Assembly: GCA_040285855.1 (NCBI GenBank)
Contig: JAUFOQ010000004.1
Location: 1,612,001 to 1,676,000 of the forward strand
Direction of reading: 5' to 3'
From: Eukaryota sp. GEM-RC1
Lineage: Eukaryota
Length of the DNA stretch: 64,000 nt
Shown here: piece by piece, positions 1 through 12,245 of the stretch
Layout of the letters: each line of letters opens with the position of its first letter
How positions within the stretch are numbered: position 1 is the first letter of the stretch
Notes under the pieces: model-generated
The model's database searches: none
What the model saw: only the letters and a program-made list of their open reading frames with translations
Told to the model about the DNA's origin: nothing
Position numbers and translations under genes: made by a program

Positions 1-527
1 AGTTCACAGGTTAGGTGACAGCCGGGACCTTATCCATCTTAACAATGGACATCAAGTTTTTGGATACTTTGATCCACTATATTGTGTGGATAAACTGTTT
101 TGTCTTACTACTGATTTAGTTTATTCTATCTTTAAGTAGTTTCTTGTGTTGAAGAAAAAGGGTCAATCCCAGATACTGAACATGCATTCTAAGCTCAACC
201 ACAATATGTGTTAGAAATGTATAATGGTACCATCTGCAGAATATGTTAATGGTAAATTGGTAAAGTATTCATAATTGCTAAACTGATTTAGGGAAGGGGT
301 GTAAATCACTGTACTAGTATGTAAGTATGTAAGTAAACGTTTAATACATTTCTTTCATGTCCAAATTAACCAAATCATTTATCACCCTGTTGTTCAAGAA
401 CTGTTTTTCAATTTATCAGCCAATTATAGTGTACAAAATGAGTGTTCCAAAGATACATATATTTTTATTAACGAATCACAATTTAAAACATTTTGAAATA
501 TTTCAGCTGAAATTTCTCTAATTTTCA

Positions 528-1920
528 TCAAACAGACCCACGGAAAGGGAGAATTTGTAAATAGCTATTCGGAGTTTTTTTCATTTCAAACCAAATTCTT
601 AGAAAGTCAGAATTTAGGGAAAACTCAACAATGAAATTGCTCATATGTCTCAACTCAGGACACCCGCTGTAGTCAAACTCAACCTTATAGTGGTTGGGAA
701 ATTGTCTATCGGCTTTAAAATGTAACGACGACGGAGCAGAGACAACATCGGTCGCTCCTGGAACTACAATAGTACATCGATGTTCAATGTCTGAGGGTGT
801 GTGTTTCAAATTCGAGAACATGAATCCAATAGGAGATCTCTTCGATTCAATATCGTGGTAATTCCATTGTCCAATTACACCTAGAAATCCTCGATATACT
901 CCAAGACTGAAAGATACACCAGGTTTGACATTGATGGATGCTTTTGGGTGGAAGGGATATCCCAAATTAGAACAAAAGTCAAACGGAAGAGAAATACAAT
1001 TGACATAATAACACCCAGATTGATCAGTTATTTTGAGGAAATCACCATAGCTTTCCACAAAGGGAAACTTCTGATTGGAATCAGTACACACAGCAGCAGA
1101 TGGCTGCTTCGCACACACTATGACGTCATCGGACTCTTGTTGACTTTTAGTGACTTTTGTGCTGATTATGTTACTAAAATAGGACTGTAATTGAGGTTCT
1201 TCAGCTACTATAGAAATAACAGCTTTGTCCCAACAATTTCCGGGGAATTTAACTGCTTCTACTTTAGTCAATAAGCGCTCTAACTCACGCACTTCAATAA
1301 TTCCAGATCCAACACTTAAAAATAGTGACTGTAAGTACCATTGAAGGAACTTAATAGATTGATCAGATCTACTAGAAAGAAAAAGACACTAAATTGGCAC
1401 TTAGAACAACAGGCGGGAGCGTATCAGATGAATATTGCCCAATGACTAAATTGTTCACTTTCTCACTAACTTGTTGGTGATCAACATCTAAGTCTTTGTA
1501 GATAGCTTCATCCTTCAAAAAAGAAGCTTGAGAAGACCAGGATATCAGCCAGTGGGGACTTTCTTTGTTAGTAGAGAGATAATTTAGACATGAAGTACGA
1601 ACAGAATCAACAATGAAGTAGCGAGAGCAGTAGAAGTAGAGGTAGCAATTGGTGTGGTCAATGTCCAGGGATCCCCCGTAAAAGTAACCAAAGAAGTTAC
1701 GTAAGATTCTAAAGGGAATATTGAGTTTGTTGGACAGGTCAAGTTCTGCTTCATCGGAATCAGCATAACCTCCCATAAAAAGAGTTTCAAAATACGATGA
1801 ATGAGTAAGTAAAATACATCGATGAAGGTGAATAGACTGTCCTCGGTGAGTGACAGTAAAGTCTGAGAAAGTTTCTGAGTCAAAGAGTTGAAGAAGCTTT
1901 GTTGAAGAATCGAGTTTCAT
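528..1920 (-). CDS. BTB/POZ-domain protein, copy 1 (one gene split by a 1-bp homopolymer indel near 1380)
   Basis: N-terminal FSDFTV...HRCILLTHSSYFETLFMGGYADS is a BTB signature. ORFs 1372..1920 and 528..1292 are collinear with the intact paralog at 2413..3801. The break is gaaagaaaaagacac (A5) versus gaaagaaaagacac (A4) in the paralog. Confidence 0.85.
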
Positions 1921-2412
1921 GAAGGAAGATGAAAATTGAAATTAATACACATTTGTAATATATTCAGAAGTTCATGTAACATTATAATCATTACAGGAAT
2001 TTTTCTCATGTTGTTAAGAAACTCAGATCTCAAACTGTGGTGTTTTGATGTGTTTATAGTGTCACTACACACACTCTACTCACTTCTGCTCTTTCCCACA
2101 TCATTCAAGAACCGCTGAGAACCATTCAAAGCTCAAAATTCGTCATTATTATAGGAGACATCAATAAAAGTATTACCCTTTAAACTACTTCGACCATTCC
2201 TGTAACGTCCAATCCGAAGACATTATAAGCCAGTGTAATTTTTTCGGCGCTGTTTTGCAATACAGTTAATGTTTGGACATAACCATTGAAACAGTTTGAC
2301 CTTGTCTCTATTTTCCAAAAATTCTACATTCAACTGAGTCGACCAATTTCCAGCGTTTGTAACAGTGAATTGATGTATTTTGAATTAATGCAACTTAAAT
2401 TAAAAAAACTAA

Positions 2413-3801
2413 CTAAACAGAACCACTATAAGGTAGAATTTGCAACGAGCTATTCGGAGTTTTCTTCATGTCAAACCAAATCCTTAAACAATTAGAGCTA
2501 AGTGAAAAATCAACTACAAAATTCTTCATGTGAGTCATTTCATAGCCCATACTATAATCAAACTCAACCATATACTTATGAGGAAATTGCCTATCAGATT
2601 TAAAATGCAACGACGTCGGAGCAGAGATTGTATTAGTCGCCCCCGGAACTACAATTGTACACCGATGTTCAACGGACCTAAACAAGTCTGGATCCTGAAG
2701 GAAACTTGAGAAGATAAACCCAACGGGAGGCCTTCCAGACTCAATGCAGTGGTAAGTCCACTGTCCAATAACCCCACAGAATCCAGTACGAACACCAAGG
2801 GTGAATGAAGCACCAGCCTTGAGACTGATGCAGGCTTTTGGGTTGAAGGGAAGTCCTGGGGTAGTGCAGAACTGATAAGGGAGAGTTACGCATTCAACGT
2901 AATGATCTTCCGAGACAACAATGAAATCACCATAGTCTTCAATGTAAGGAGGTTTCTTGTAGGAATTAATGATTTCAGAAGTACATGCACCGTCATCGTT
3001 GGTGTCGTCATCGGAATCTTGTTGACTTTTAGTGACTTTTGTGCTAATTATGTTACTAAAATAGGACTGTAATTGAGGTTCTTCAGCTACTATAGAAATA
3101 ACAGCTTTGTCCCAACAATTTCCTGGGAATTTAACTGCTTCTACTTTAGACAATAAGCGTTCTAATTCACGAACTTCAATAATTCCAGATCCAACACTTA
3201 AAAATAGTGACTGTAAGTACCATTGAAGGAACTCAATGGATTGATCAGATCTACTTGAAAGAAAAGACACTAAATTAGCACTTAGAACGACAGGCGGGAG
3301 CGTATCAGATGAAAATTGGTGAAAAATTAAATTATTGACCTTTTCAGTGATCTGATGAACATCAACGTTGAGATCTCGATAGATTGCTTCATCTTTCATG
3401 AATGAAGCTTGAGAAGACCAAGAAATAACCCAGAGCGGACTGTCGATGTTCATAGACATGTAATTAAGACAGGAGGTGCGGATAGAATCAACCATGAAGT
3501 AGCGAGAGCAGTAGAAGTAGAGGTAGCAGTTGGTGTGATCAATATCAAGGGATCCTCCGTAGAAATATCGGAAGAACTGACGTAAGATTCGGAAGCGGAC
3601 GTTGAGTTTGTTGGATAGATCAAGTTCGGCGTCATCGGAATCAGCATAGCCTCCCATGAAAAGAGTTTCAAAATAGGAAGAATGAGAGAGCAAAATACAG
3701 CGATGAAGTTGAAGACATTGTCCCCGATGGGAAACTGTGAAGTCCGAGAGTGTATCTGAGTCAAAGAGTTGAAGAAGTTTCGCAGAGGGTTCGAGTTTCA
3801 T
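2413..3801 (-). CDS. BTB/POZ-domain protein, copy 2 (tandem paralog)
   Basis: Intact ORF; ATG at 3801 matches the paralog start (MKLEPS vs MKLDSS). BTB motif LSDFTV..HRCILLSHSSYFETLF; unrecognised C-terminal domain. Confidence 0.9.
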   Translation of the reverse strand: MKLEPSAKLLQLFDSDTLSDFTVSHRGQCLQLHRCILLSHSSYFETLFMGGYADSDDAELDLSNKLNVRFRILRQFFRYFYGGSLDIDHTNCYLYFYCSRYFMVDSIRTSCLNYMSMNIDSPLWVISWSSQASFMKDEAIYRDLNVDVHQITEKVNNLIFHQFSSDTLPPVVLSANLVSFLSSRSDQSIEFLQWYLQSLFLSVGSGIIEVRELERLLSKVEAVKFPGNCWDKAVISIVAEEPQLQSYFSNIISTKVTKSQQDSDDDTNDDGACTSEIINSYKKPPYIEDYGDFIVVSEDHYVECVTLPYQFCTTPGLPFNPKACISLKAGASFTLGVRTGFCGVIGQWTYHCIESGRPPVGFIFSSFLQDPDLFRSVEHRCTIVVPGATNTISAPTSLHFKSDRQFPHKYMVEFDYSMGYEMTHMKNFVVDFSLSSNCLRIWFDMKKTPNSSLQILPYSGSV

Positions 3802-4330
3802 GGTGGGAGAAAAATTCTTCAATTTTCGAAAGATTGTGATCTCAACTGTAAATCATTTGTAGAAGAGCCATCATGGAAAGAATACACAAGACAAACTGTT
3901 GCATGTGGTAGTTGATGGTATCGAATGAAAATTTAGATTATTCCGTTTGTGACGTTTTTACGCTATTTAGTGTTCATCACCATATTGAATAAGTGGCTGT
4001 GTCACTGCTATTGTTAATAAATTTATACGGGTTATATCAATAATATTCTCTGTTCAACCTCGTGTGTTTGCACCAGTTTATAATCCCTATCAGTCTAAGA
4101 GATGACAAATCTTCAGCTTTCATATGTTTGTGTTTGTGCACTTTCGACAATCTAAGAAAACACATTTGGAAACCATCTGAATCCTTGATTAAAAGATAAA
4201 CATTATCGAGGCTGTGTACAAATGAAATGTTCTAGTATTTATACCAATGAACAAGATGCATTCTGTAAAGAAAGTACATGAAATATAACAACTAAAACTT
4301 TGAAAAGATCATACTATATATAGAATCTAG

Positions 4331-4945
4331 TTAGAAATCTTCAAATTTGCTAAAATCAGAGGAGTGTTTCTGAAAGAACTCACGTCCAGTTTCACGTTGA
4401 ATCAAAGACTGCGTTTGAAGAGATTCAGCCAGAAAGCCTTCCTTCCACGATAGAAAAGCATCCAGTGAAAAGGGAGTTCCGAACAGAATCTTGTTGTTGA
4501 CGATCTCAGAGTCCTTGGCGGCTAACTTCTCCAAATCCAACTTCTCTTGATAGCTCAATGGTTGCTCAGCATTGCGTCTGGAATTGTCTAAGAGGCTTTT
4601 AGGACCTGCAACTATCGAATCAAGATAATCTAGAAGAGAATCACAAATGGAGAAAAGGGATGGGCCACAGTTTTGACTAACAAAGGATTCTGCTAGAGTT
4701 TGGATGTCAGAAAGAACTTCGGACACAGAGAACTCCTTTCCTAGAGTGGAAAGAGACAATTCTGGGACTTCGGCAGGATAGTTGTCTGAAAGGTGGATAG
4801 TAAGAGTAAGACCGAATTGATGTTTGACATCTGAAGGAGAATACAGATCGATTTCGAACAGATACGGAGACATAGTACGGAAATGTTCAGAGAACATAGC
4901 TTCTAGGGCCTCAATTTCCATAAGAGCTTCATCATCAAGTGGCAT
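4331..4945 (-). CDS. RWD-domain protein (RWDD1/Gir2-like)
   Basis: EIEALEAMF start, L..NYPAEVPEL (YPxxxP) motif, and C-terminal GTPFSLDAFLSWK...ETGREFF resembling the RWDD1/Gir2 tail. Confidence 0.85.
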   Translation of the reverse strand: MPLDDEALMEIEALEAMFSEHFRTMSPYLFEIDLYSPSDVKHQFGLTLTIHLSDNYPAEVPELSLSTLGKEFSVSEVLSDIQTLAESFVSQNCGPSLFSICDSLLDYLDSIVAGPKSLLDNSRRNAEQPLSYQEKLDLEKLAAKDSEIVNNKILFGTPFSLDAFLSWKEGFLAESLQTQSLIQRETGREFFQKHSSDFSKFEDF

Positions 4946-5236
4946 AAGGAGTTAAGTAATGGTAACAAAGGAAAATCGGAATCTCACTGTATCGGAATCA
5001 CTGTACCTTTCTGGCTAATGGTGTCACTAACCTGATATTTGGCTGTAATTACAGTTACAGTAGTTTTTAATACATTGCCTTCTTTTAGAGAATTGGCATT
5101 GTACAAACTTGTCCCCCTTGAACGAATTATCCAAGAAGAAATCAAAAATTTATTTACAAACGATATATGAAGCTTAACATTACAACAAAAGCTTGCCAAC
5201 ATAGATGGATAATGCTAGAGTCAAACTTTATGAACT

Positions 5237-5578
5237 TTAAAGATCTGGATAGTTTACAGGAGCGGGAGAGGAATCATCAGAGGCTGATGGCAATGGAACT
5301 GGAGAAGCATCAGATGAGACTTTGTGTACTTCAGAATCCAAATTAACATCTTCCGAAGGATTGGGTTCAGGAGACTGTGACTTAGGTGATGATGGAGAAG
5401 GTAAATCAGCAGAAGCTGAATCAGATGGAACAATAGGAGAAGGGGATTCCTCAGTGTTATTAGGAACATCTTGCTTCATATTGTCATGCTGTTGTGAAGA
5501 AGTGTCATCGTGTTTGTCGACGACTGGTGCTTGGACGGTTTCAGATTGCTGGATTGGAACAGATGTAGAACAGCCCAT
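5237..5578 (-). CDS. Small low-complexity Ser/Pro/Asp-rich protein with predicted N-myristoylation/palmitoylation
   Basis: Starts MGCSTS (MGCxxS dual-acylation motif); the remainder looks disordered. Confidence 0.65.
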   Translation of the reverse strand: MGCSTSVPIQQSETVQAPVVDKHDDTSSQQHDNMKQDVPNNTEESPSPIVPSDSASADLPSPSSPKSQSPEPNPSEDVNLDSEVHKVSSDASPVPLPSASDDSSPAPVNYPDL

Positions 5579-5600
5579 GTACTAGTAGGAGATTTTTTTT

Positions 5601-8087
5601 TATAGATGGGAGCCGGCTCAAATTTTGCTCACGGCTCAGCTGCAGGTACTAGTTAGCCGGCTATGGCTTCCAACATTGTTTAGCCGGCTTAAGCCGGCTT
5701 AAGCCGGCTCAGCCGCAATGAGTTTGATGTAGATTTATTATTTAACTGTTTTGTCAAAGCATATGCTTTCAGTGTCTTCTCTTTGATAGATTTGTTTTAT
5801 GTGGTTCATCTAGATTATTGTTATACATAAATTCTCAATTATTGCTACTCTACTCATCGTCCTTCTGATCTTCTTCGTTCAAAAGCCAGCACCGCAAACA
5901 CATTAATGCAGTTACCGTGGTGTCATCTAACCGGGAACGCTTCTTAGTTATTACATTACCAGTTTGTGAAAACAATCGTTCACTACTAACGGAGGTCGCT
6001 TGAACAGCTAACATATCCCTTGCAAATTTGCTCATCAGAGGAAAGTTTTCAGAGTTTACTCTCCACCAATCTAAGGTATTGTCATTCTCGGCCAAAAACA
6101 TAGAAAGATACGTATCTAACTCCTTTTCAACTGATAGATCCTCATATTCAGAACTTTCATCTGTGGTACTGTTCTGGGACACAGATTCTTTGATGATCTT
6201 AAGCTTAGCTCTGAAGGATTTGGTCTTCTTTCTCACTTCTCTCTCTCCATTTTCACTGCTATACTCTTCCTGAAGGCGTGTTAATAGCGGATGTCTAACT
6301 TCCTGCATCACAGTTGGCCACGGACTTAACTTGATAGACGGATCCATCACAGTTGCAATATTGGTCGTGTCATTCAGTACATTGGCATCGTAAAACCGGT
6401 TAGCAATGATTTTCTTCATAAAGATGCTACAAAAACCGGTTACTTTGTTTGGATATACCTCCGCGAATTCCCATTCTGCCAAATTGCTGTTTAGCACTCC
6501 TTGGCCAAATTTGGCAATTTCAACATCTAGCACTTCTTTTATGGTTTCCCAATACAGAATTGTATGGGAAATTGTCACGTCAGATGCCGATGAAAGATCG
6601 GTTGTGATATCATAGAATGGTTTCAACAGTTTCAACAGCTTTGACAATGTTACTGTTTCAAAGTCAGATAATATTAGTTCAGTAATTTGCTCATTTTGTA
6701 AGAAGTAAATAATGATAGCCAACTGGTCGTGATACGTTTTTAGCATGAGACATGTGCTATTCCAGCGAGTTGGAACGTCAGAGGGAATTCTTTGAAATTT
6801 TTTGCCTGTGTCTTTGGCGCAAGTTTTGAGCTTTTCATTCAATGAACTGGACATATGGGTTTTAGACGTCAATTTTTGAATCTTAAGTATACTGGCTTGT
6901 ATAAAGGGCAATCCATTCTGGACCATGATGTTTAAAACATGAGCAAAGCATCGCTGATTTTCAGACCTTTCGTTCAGTAAATCAACTGCATTCACAATGT
7001 TCCCAGCATTGTCAGTTGTCCATGATTGTGTCTTGGTTTGAAGCCCATAATCAGCAATAATGGTGTTCAGTTTCGCCGAAATCATTTCTGCGGTATGCGG
7101 AAAAGTCAAATAAGAGATATCGAGAGTGCATGTAAGTAGCTCATATGCGTCATTAATGTAGTGGCCTACGACAGAAATATAGGGTGTCCCATTATTTGAA
7201 GTCCACAAATCAGACGTAAGAGACATCTTCGAAGTGTTAAGTGCCAGCGTTTCTTGAAGCAATAACTTTTTTGTGCGAATAAATTCAATATCGTATCCGT
7301 AATCGTTTTTCTGCACGGTAGACTCACAGACGGTTCGTAAAACTGAAGGATCTTCAAGAGAGTTGGAGATTCAATGTACGACAATGGATGTTGATCAGCA
7401 AGGATATGATCAACAATGAGAGGAATTACTCCACTTGGATCTTTTTTGAAGGGGCGTTCTGTTGGATGAAGATATTCAGTTATTTGTCGACTCTTTTTAA
7501 GGGGAGGAACTTCAGATTCATAGAGCTTATTATGGTGCTTTCTCACATGAGAACGCAAGTTACCTGTGGCTGTAGATGACTTGTAGCGCTTAGAGACACA
7601 AAATTTACATTCGATGGTTTCAGTACGCACTTCTATATCACCATTTGGGAGTTTCTTGGCCGCCTGTTGGAAGAAAGGAGCAATATCTTTGGGAAGAGGC
7701 TTAAGGAGTTCTAAGGAAACTATGTCGTTGGAAGAGTTGCTTTGAGATACTTCTATAGGTTCTTCATTTTCAGAGACCAAAGTAATGTCCATTGCAAATT
7801 GATGTGAAGAATGTAAACTGCTGATTATTGTGCTAATGTTGATAAAGATTATTTTTATAGAAATTCTTTAGTTTTAATATTTAATGTCCTGCAATGTTAT
7901 GTTTGTATCAATTCGTGAATGAATTATAAGTATTTCAGCTGTCAAAAATGAAATTTCAATAATCGGCTTGAGCCGGCTAAAAGTTATTTGAGCCAGCCGG
8001 CTTCAGCTGGAAAAATTTCAATTTGGGACAGCCGGCTGGCTCAGCTAGCCGGCTGAGCCGGCTAAATTTAGCCGGCTCCCATCTCTA
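5601..8087 (-). mobile_element. Full-length hAT DNA transposon
   Basis: TIRs tatagatgggagccggct (5601) and agccggctcccatctcta (ends 8087). Repeated palindromic AGCCGGCT subterminal motifs at both ends. A/T-run flanks compatible with an imperfect 8-bp TSD. Confidence 0.9.
5850..7792 (-). CDS. hAT transposase with BED zinc finger (one homopolymer frameshift near 7270)
   Basis: CKFC...STATGNLRSHVRKHH (BED finger), TSDLWTS, TTDNAGN, RCFAHVLN, DVPTRWNST and the dimerisation domain WW...ATSVSSERLFS. One extra A in the run at ~7267-7272 gives LFAQKKLLLQETL. Confidence 0.92.
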
Positions 8088-9714
8088 ATTTTTTATAGAA
8101 AAATCACGTATAAGGTTCATCGTTCTCCTAGTCTGACATCCACTTTATTGTCCTCAAACTGTTTCTGTCTACTCGTCTAATCTAATGTACATGGTAAAAC
8201 ACAAACTAGACATCATTGCTCTCACGTGTGTTTATAGTTCCTTGGGTGCCGCCTTTTAGTTCAAATCTTATACAGCTAGCTCGTGTCGTTTCTTAGTCAA
8301 CGTCATTTAACCAATCATAGCAGGATTGTACTCGCTCGGATGTCTCTATTCACTGCAATAACCTCTCACCGTCACTTCATGTCCCATGGTCAATAATCAT
8401 TCTTATATTCATTGACATAATTTGATCTGATCCTGAACTGTACGTATCATTTAATGATCTAGCACCACTGAATTCTACAGCTATTTGAAGAGAAGACGTC
8501 AACTGCCCGATGTTGACCTCTCTACAATTATTGGGATTTTTCGTGTAAGAAAGAACTCAGTTTGATTGCATGACGTTTTAAGACCAAGACCCTTCCTTAT
8601 TAACACTATTCAATTCAGAACAACTAGTAGGTTGAACAAAACCAAAGTGACCTGTTTCATACACATTTGTATACAGTCGATATTCATAGTCAAAGATAGT
8701 CTATGAAACACAATATGTATTGGGCATAACAAAGAGAATATATTTGCAATGGATTAACACATACAGTACTATGTAAGAAGGAAAATTGTCGACTATAAGT
8801 AAGAAATTGTTTTTAAAATATAGGGCATACCAGTACCATAATTAAGTATAATGTATATTTATTTATATTTGCATTCTAAACTGTATCGTCGAGGTCCCAA
8901 TACAAGCAATTCTAAAATTCATATAAACATATTCTCTACTATGCTTGTATAGGAGTCCTTTAAATGAATCTTTTCACTAATCAAAGAAAATTCTTAACAA
9001 TCACCAACATTGGATTCGAAAATATCTAAGTATATTCCCTGAAGCGAATTAGTAGATGTAAAATCAAACTGTCGTCTTGTCCAACCTACAGAATGTTCAG
9101 GATTAACCGACACCGCAAAATATTGGCCCTAGAAAGTGTAAACATGTTATGGCATGTGCACGAAACATTGCTACTTTTTTGGATCCAAAATTTTGCAGAA
9201 GGGGTAACACATACCGGTAGTGAGCGAAAGATACTCTGTCCAGCTAAAATGCTGTTTAAGCCATGTTCCTTTGGAACGATAATACTTTTCGAGCAATACA
9301 ATAAGCCGTAAAAGGTCAATTACGTTAGGAGAGCCAAAAACGGAGCATTGGGTTGGATTTTTCTAGACAGTGACATACAGTGACATATTTACGATTTTCC
9401 AACAATTCCAAAAATATACGGATTAAATGGAATGGAACAAAAGTAGAACGTAGAAAATACAGTTGCATTTAGGTTCGACTGTATATCACAAAAAGTATTC
9501 TGTAAAATAGATTTCTGTAAAACCAAAGACCCAGAATTCAGTGAACGCTAACACGGTCAACAATCTAACACGCATGCTACTACTGTGGTACTGGACATCA
9601 GTGCGAGGGACTTCTGACACTTCGTCCTACGTCTTTTTAACAAATTGATAACACGTCGTAGCTTTCACTGTCAGAATTTGCTTCCTAGCGTCATTTGACG
9701 ATAGACTAGACTCG

Positions 9715-9885
9715 AATGTGGAATTCGAAATCTAGAATTCCACTTCCATTTCCACATTATATATACAGTAATATGTAACGAAATATTATTAAAAGTGGAA
9801 ATGGAAATGGAAATGGGATGATGTGGCAAATGTGGAAATGGAAGTGGAATCGAGATCGAAATGCGGAACAAAATGTGGAATTTGA
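9715..9885. repeat. Short GGAAAT/ATTTCC-type repeats in inverted arrangement
   Basis: gaattccacttccatttccacat (~9736-9757) faces gtggaaatggaaatggaaatgg and gtggaaatggaagtggaat (9796-9850). Confidence 0.5.
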
Positions 9886-10229
9886 TCAAAATGATTCAAT
9901 AAAATGAAATGAAGCCTACATTTTTGTAGTTGTATTGTTAACAACGGTTGAATCTGATAAAAGACAATGAATGAGCAACTAACTATTAGTTTTAGAATCA
10001 AATTTTGCTTAGACCACTTTGTTACCACGTTGTCATCACGTGTCATTTAGTCTTTTAGACCCCAACGCCATTTGGACACAACTTTCAGCTGGTACATGGA
10101 TCACATTGAAGTAGACATTTTAGATTCAGATACCGATAATTTGTTATGATCTAAATTTGTGTGAGAGAAAAGAATGGCTGCGTCAAGAACAGTTGCAGTT
10201 GTTATTGAGAAAGTAAGGAATATAAGATA

Positions 10230-11500
10230 AAAGTGTGTCAGTTTGTCTGATGAATAAATCCTTTTATACAACTAGCTCTCAGAACACTTCGCTAAGGACG
10301 TGAATTTAATCACAATATGTTTCGCTCTCTACCCCCTGTACTTACCTACAACGTCTGTAGAAGCTTTAACAAAAATTCGTACTGACTTTCTGGCATTTTT
10401 TATCAGTGGATCCTGCTGCATTGAACACTCACGTCTTCTCAGATCCTCATCTTGGTGGTATTGGTTTGATTTTGTCTAAATGGTGGACCAAATCTGCTTT
10501 CATTGGTGGTGGTAAGAATTTTGTCTTTGAGTTCTGTAGACGTTACCCAAGTCAAGAAGATCTTCTTGTTCCGACAAGTAGTGTTTTCTTGGTAAATTTG
10601 AGATCAGAATTGTCGCTAATTTCACCTGACCTCTGGCAAACTTGTTTTCCAGCAGATATTTGTGAAATACCAGATCGATGTGTCACCTCTTTAAAATTTG
10701 CTCTTAAGAAACTGCAAAAACCCCTTTTAAAACATTTTGAATGTCTGGATTGTAAAATTCGACTCGGCTCGGCCAAAGAAAAAAATCCAGCGTTCGCAAA
10801 TTTTTTATCGATTTGAAGGATAGTTCTTCCGTTACTTTGATTAACCAAGTTCCTTAGATTTATGGTTTGTTGTTGAATGATCATCAATGGACTACAACTT
10901 TCAGACTTCGATGTTTCTTGTGGCCCTCTAATTTACCTAATGATCTTCTATGAAAATGTGGTAAATTAGTTACTTTTTTCACCTTTTGATTTGCAATCGT
11001 TTCATTATTTATAGAACTTGTATTCAATAGTTCCATCAGTCAATGATGAACTAACGGTTGTTGATGTGATTACTGTGGATGTTTGCAAAAAGTGCATTCA
11101 AGGATGCTAAAAATGAAGTTTCTCCACTGGTTTTTTCAGAACAATGCAAGAGAAATATAATGAACCATTGACTGCTCTCAAACAAATTAGACATGTTGAG
11201 TACAAATTATGTCCTTTTGTAATTTCTATTTATGGACGACTTGGTAGAGATGCTCTTTGTTTTCTCTCTGATTTTGAGAAAGTTCTCAAAAAAAGAATGA
11301 ACAAGATATTTGATTTCAAGTTTTGGTTCAATCGTAGTGTTTTTACAATATTTAAAACAATTCCTATCATGATTTCAAAAGCTCTATTAGCTCTCAGTGT
11401 TTTTTATGAAGAAAAAAGCTGATGTGAGTTTTGATGGCAATGATTGTTGCCTAATTGATATTGAGTTCTAGTATTTGTGTTTATCTTAGTGTTTTTGTTC
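10230..11500 (+). mobile_element. Degenerate 3' part of a non-LTR retrotransposon of the restriction-like-endonuclease class (CRE/R2-like)
   Basis: Fragmented peptides PHLGGIGL...SAFIGG, FRLRCFLWP, VVDVITVDVC and EKY...PFVISIYGRLGRDAL..L resemble the post-RT region and RLE domain. The 3' end recurs at 43414 and 48595. Confidence 0.65.
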
Positions 11501-12245
11501 CAAAAGAGTTTTGCTCAAAAACAAAGATTACAATAAACATCATGACGAACATTCGCAAGTCTACGAAGGACAACTTAACACTTTGGAGTTTATCCAAGTC
11601 ACTTTTTTCTCGTCCTTCTTTCAGAGAAACAGTTCTTATTGTTACGTTTTGTATCAAATATGGTCTTATCAATGCCTTGTACCCTGTGATGATTCATCTA
11701 ATGACTAGTTCAATCTAGGAACGAGGATACGAAAACAATAGTATTCTCTCATTGTCTCTCCCAATCCTTGTGACATTAGCCATCAAAGTTGCAAATGTTC
11801 TCCCAACGCTCACCTACTTATTCGGGCGGGGCTCTGAGTACAGATTACATCAGTACTCGTTTGGTGGCAGAGTACTTTAATATAGAAGATCTGTCAAGTC
11901 AATCATTGATGGTCATACAGTAGTACCTCTCTCCAGAACATGGCTTTGTATCTCGGCGTGGTAGTACTTTTCAAACAACTCAACACCCTACTTTTCTCCG
12001 TTTATCACTGCATTGCTTTGTAAGTGACTTATAAATCTCCTTTGAATCCTTTATATAAGCTCGGATGATAATAGAGGACAGTTTTCCGCCCCCTAGAAAT
12101 TCCGTTTCGGTTTACAGTAGAAATAAAGCTATAACTCTCACTGTCAATGTGTTAACGTTTGTCTATCATGCTAGGTCTATCATGCATACAGTAATGTTAT
12201 GTTGATGGTTCTAACTATCGTAATTCTGGAAATCAGTGTTTTGTT

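Noticed and set aside
11915..12125. Tc1/pogo-like terminus (tacagtagtacctctc)
   Set aside because: No partner inverted repeat or transposase remnant could be identified.
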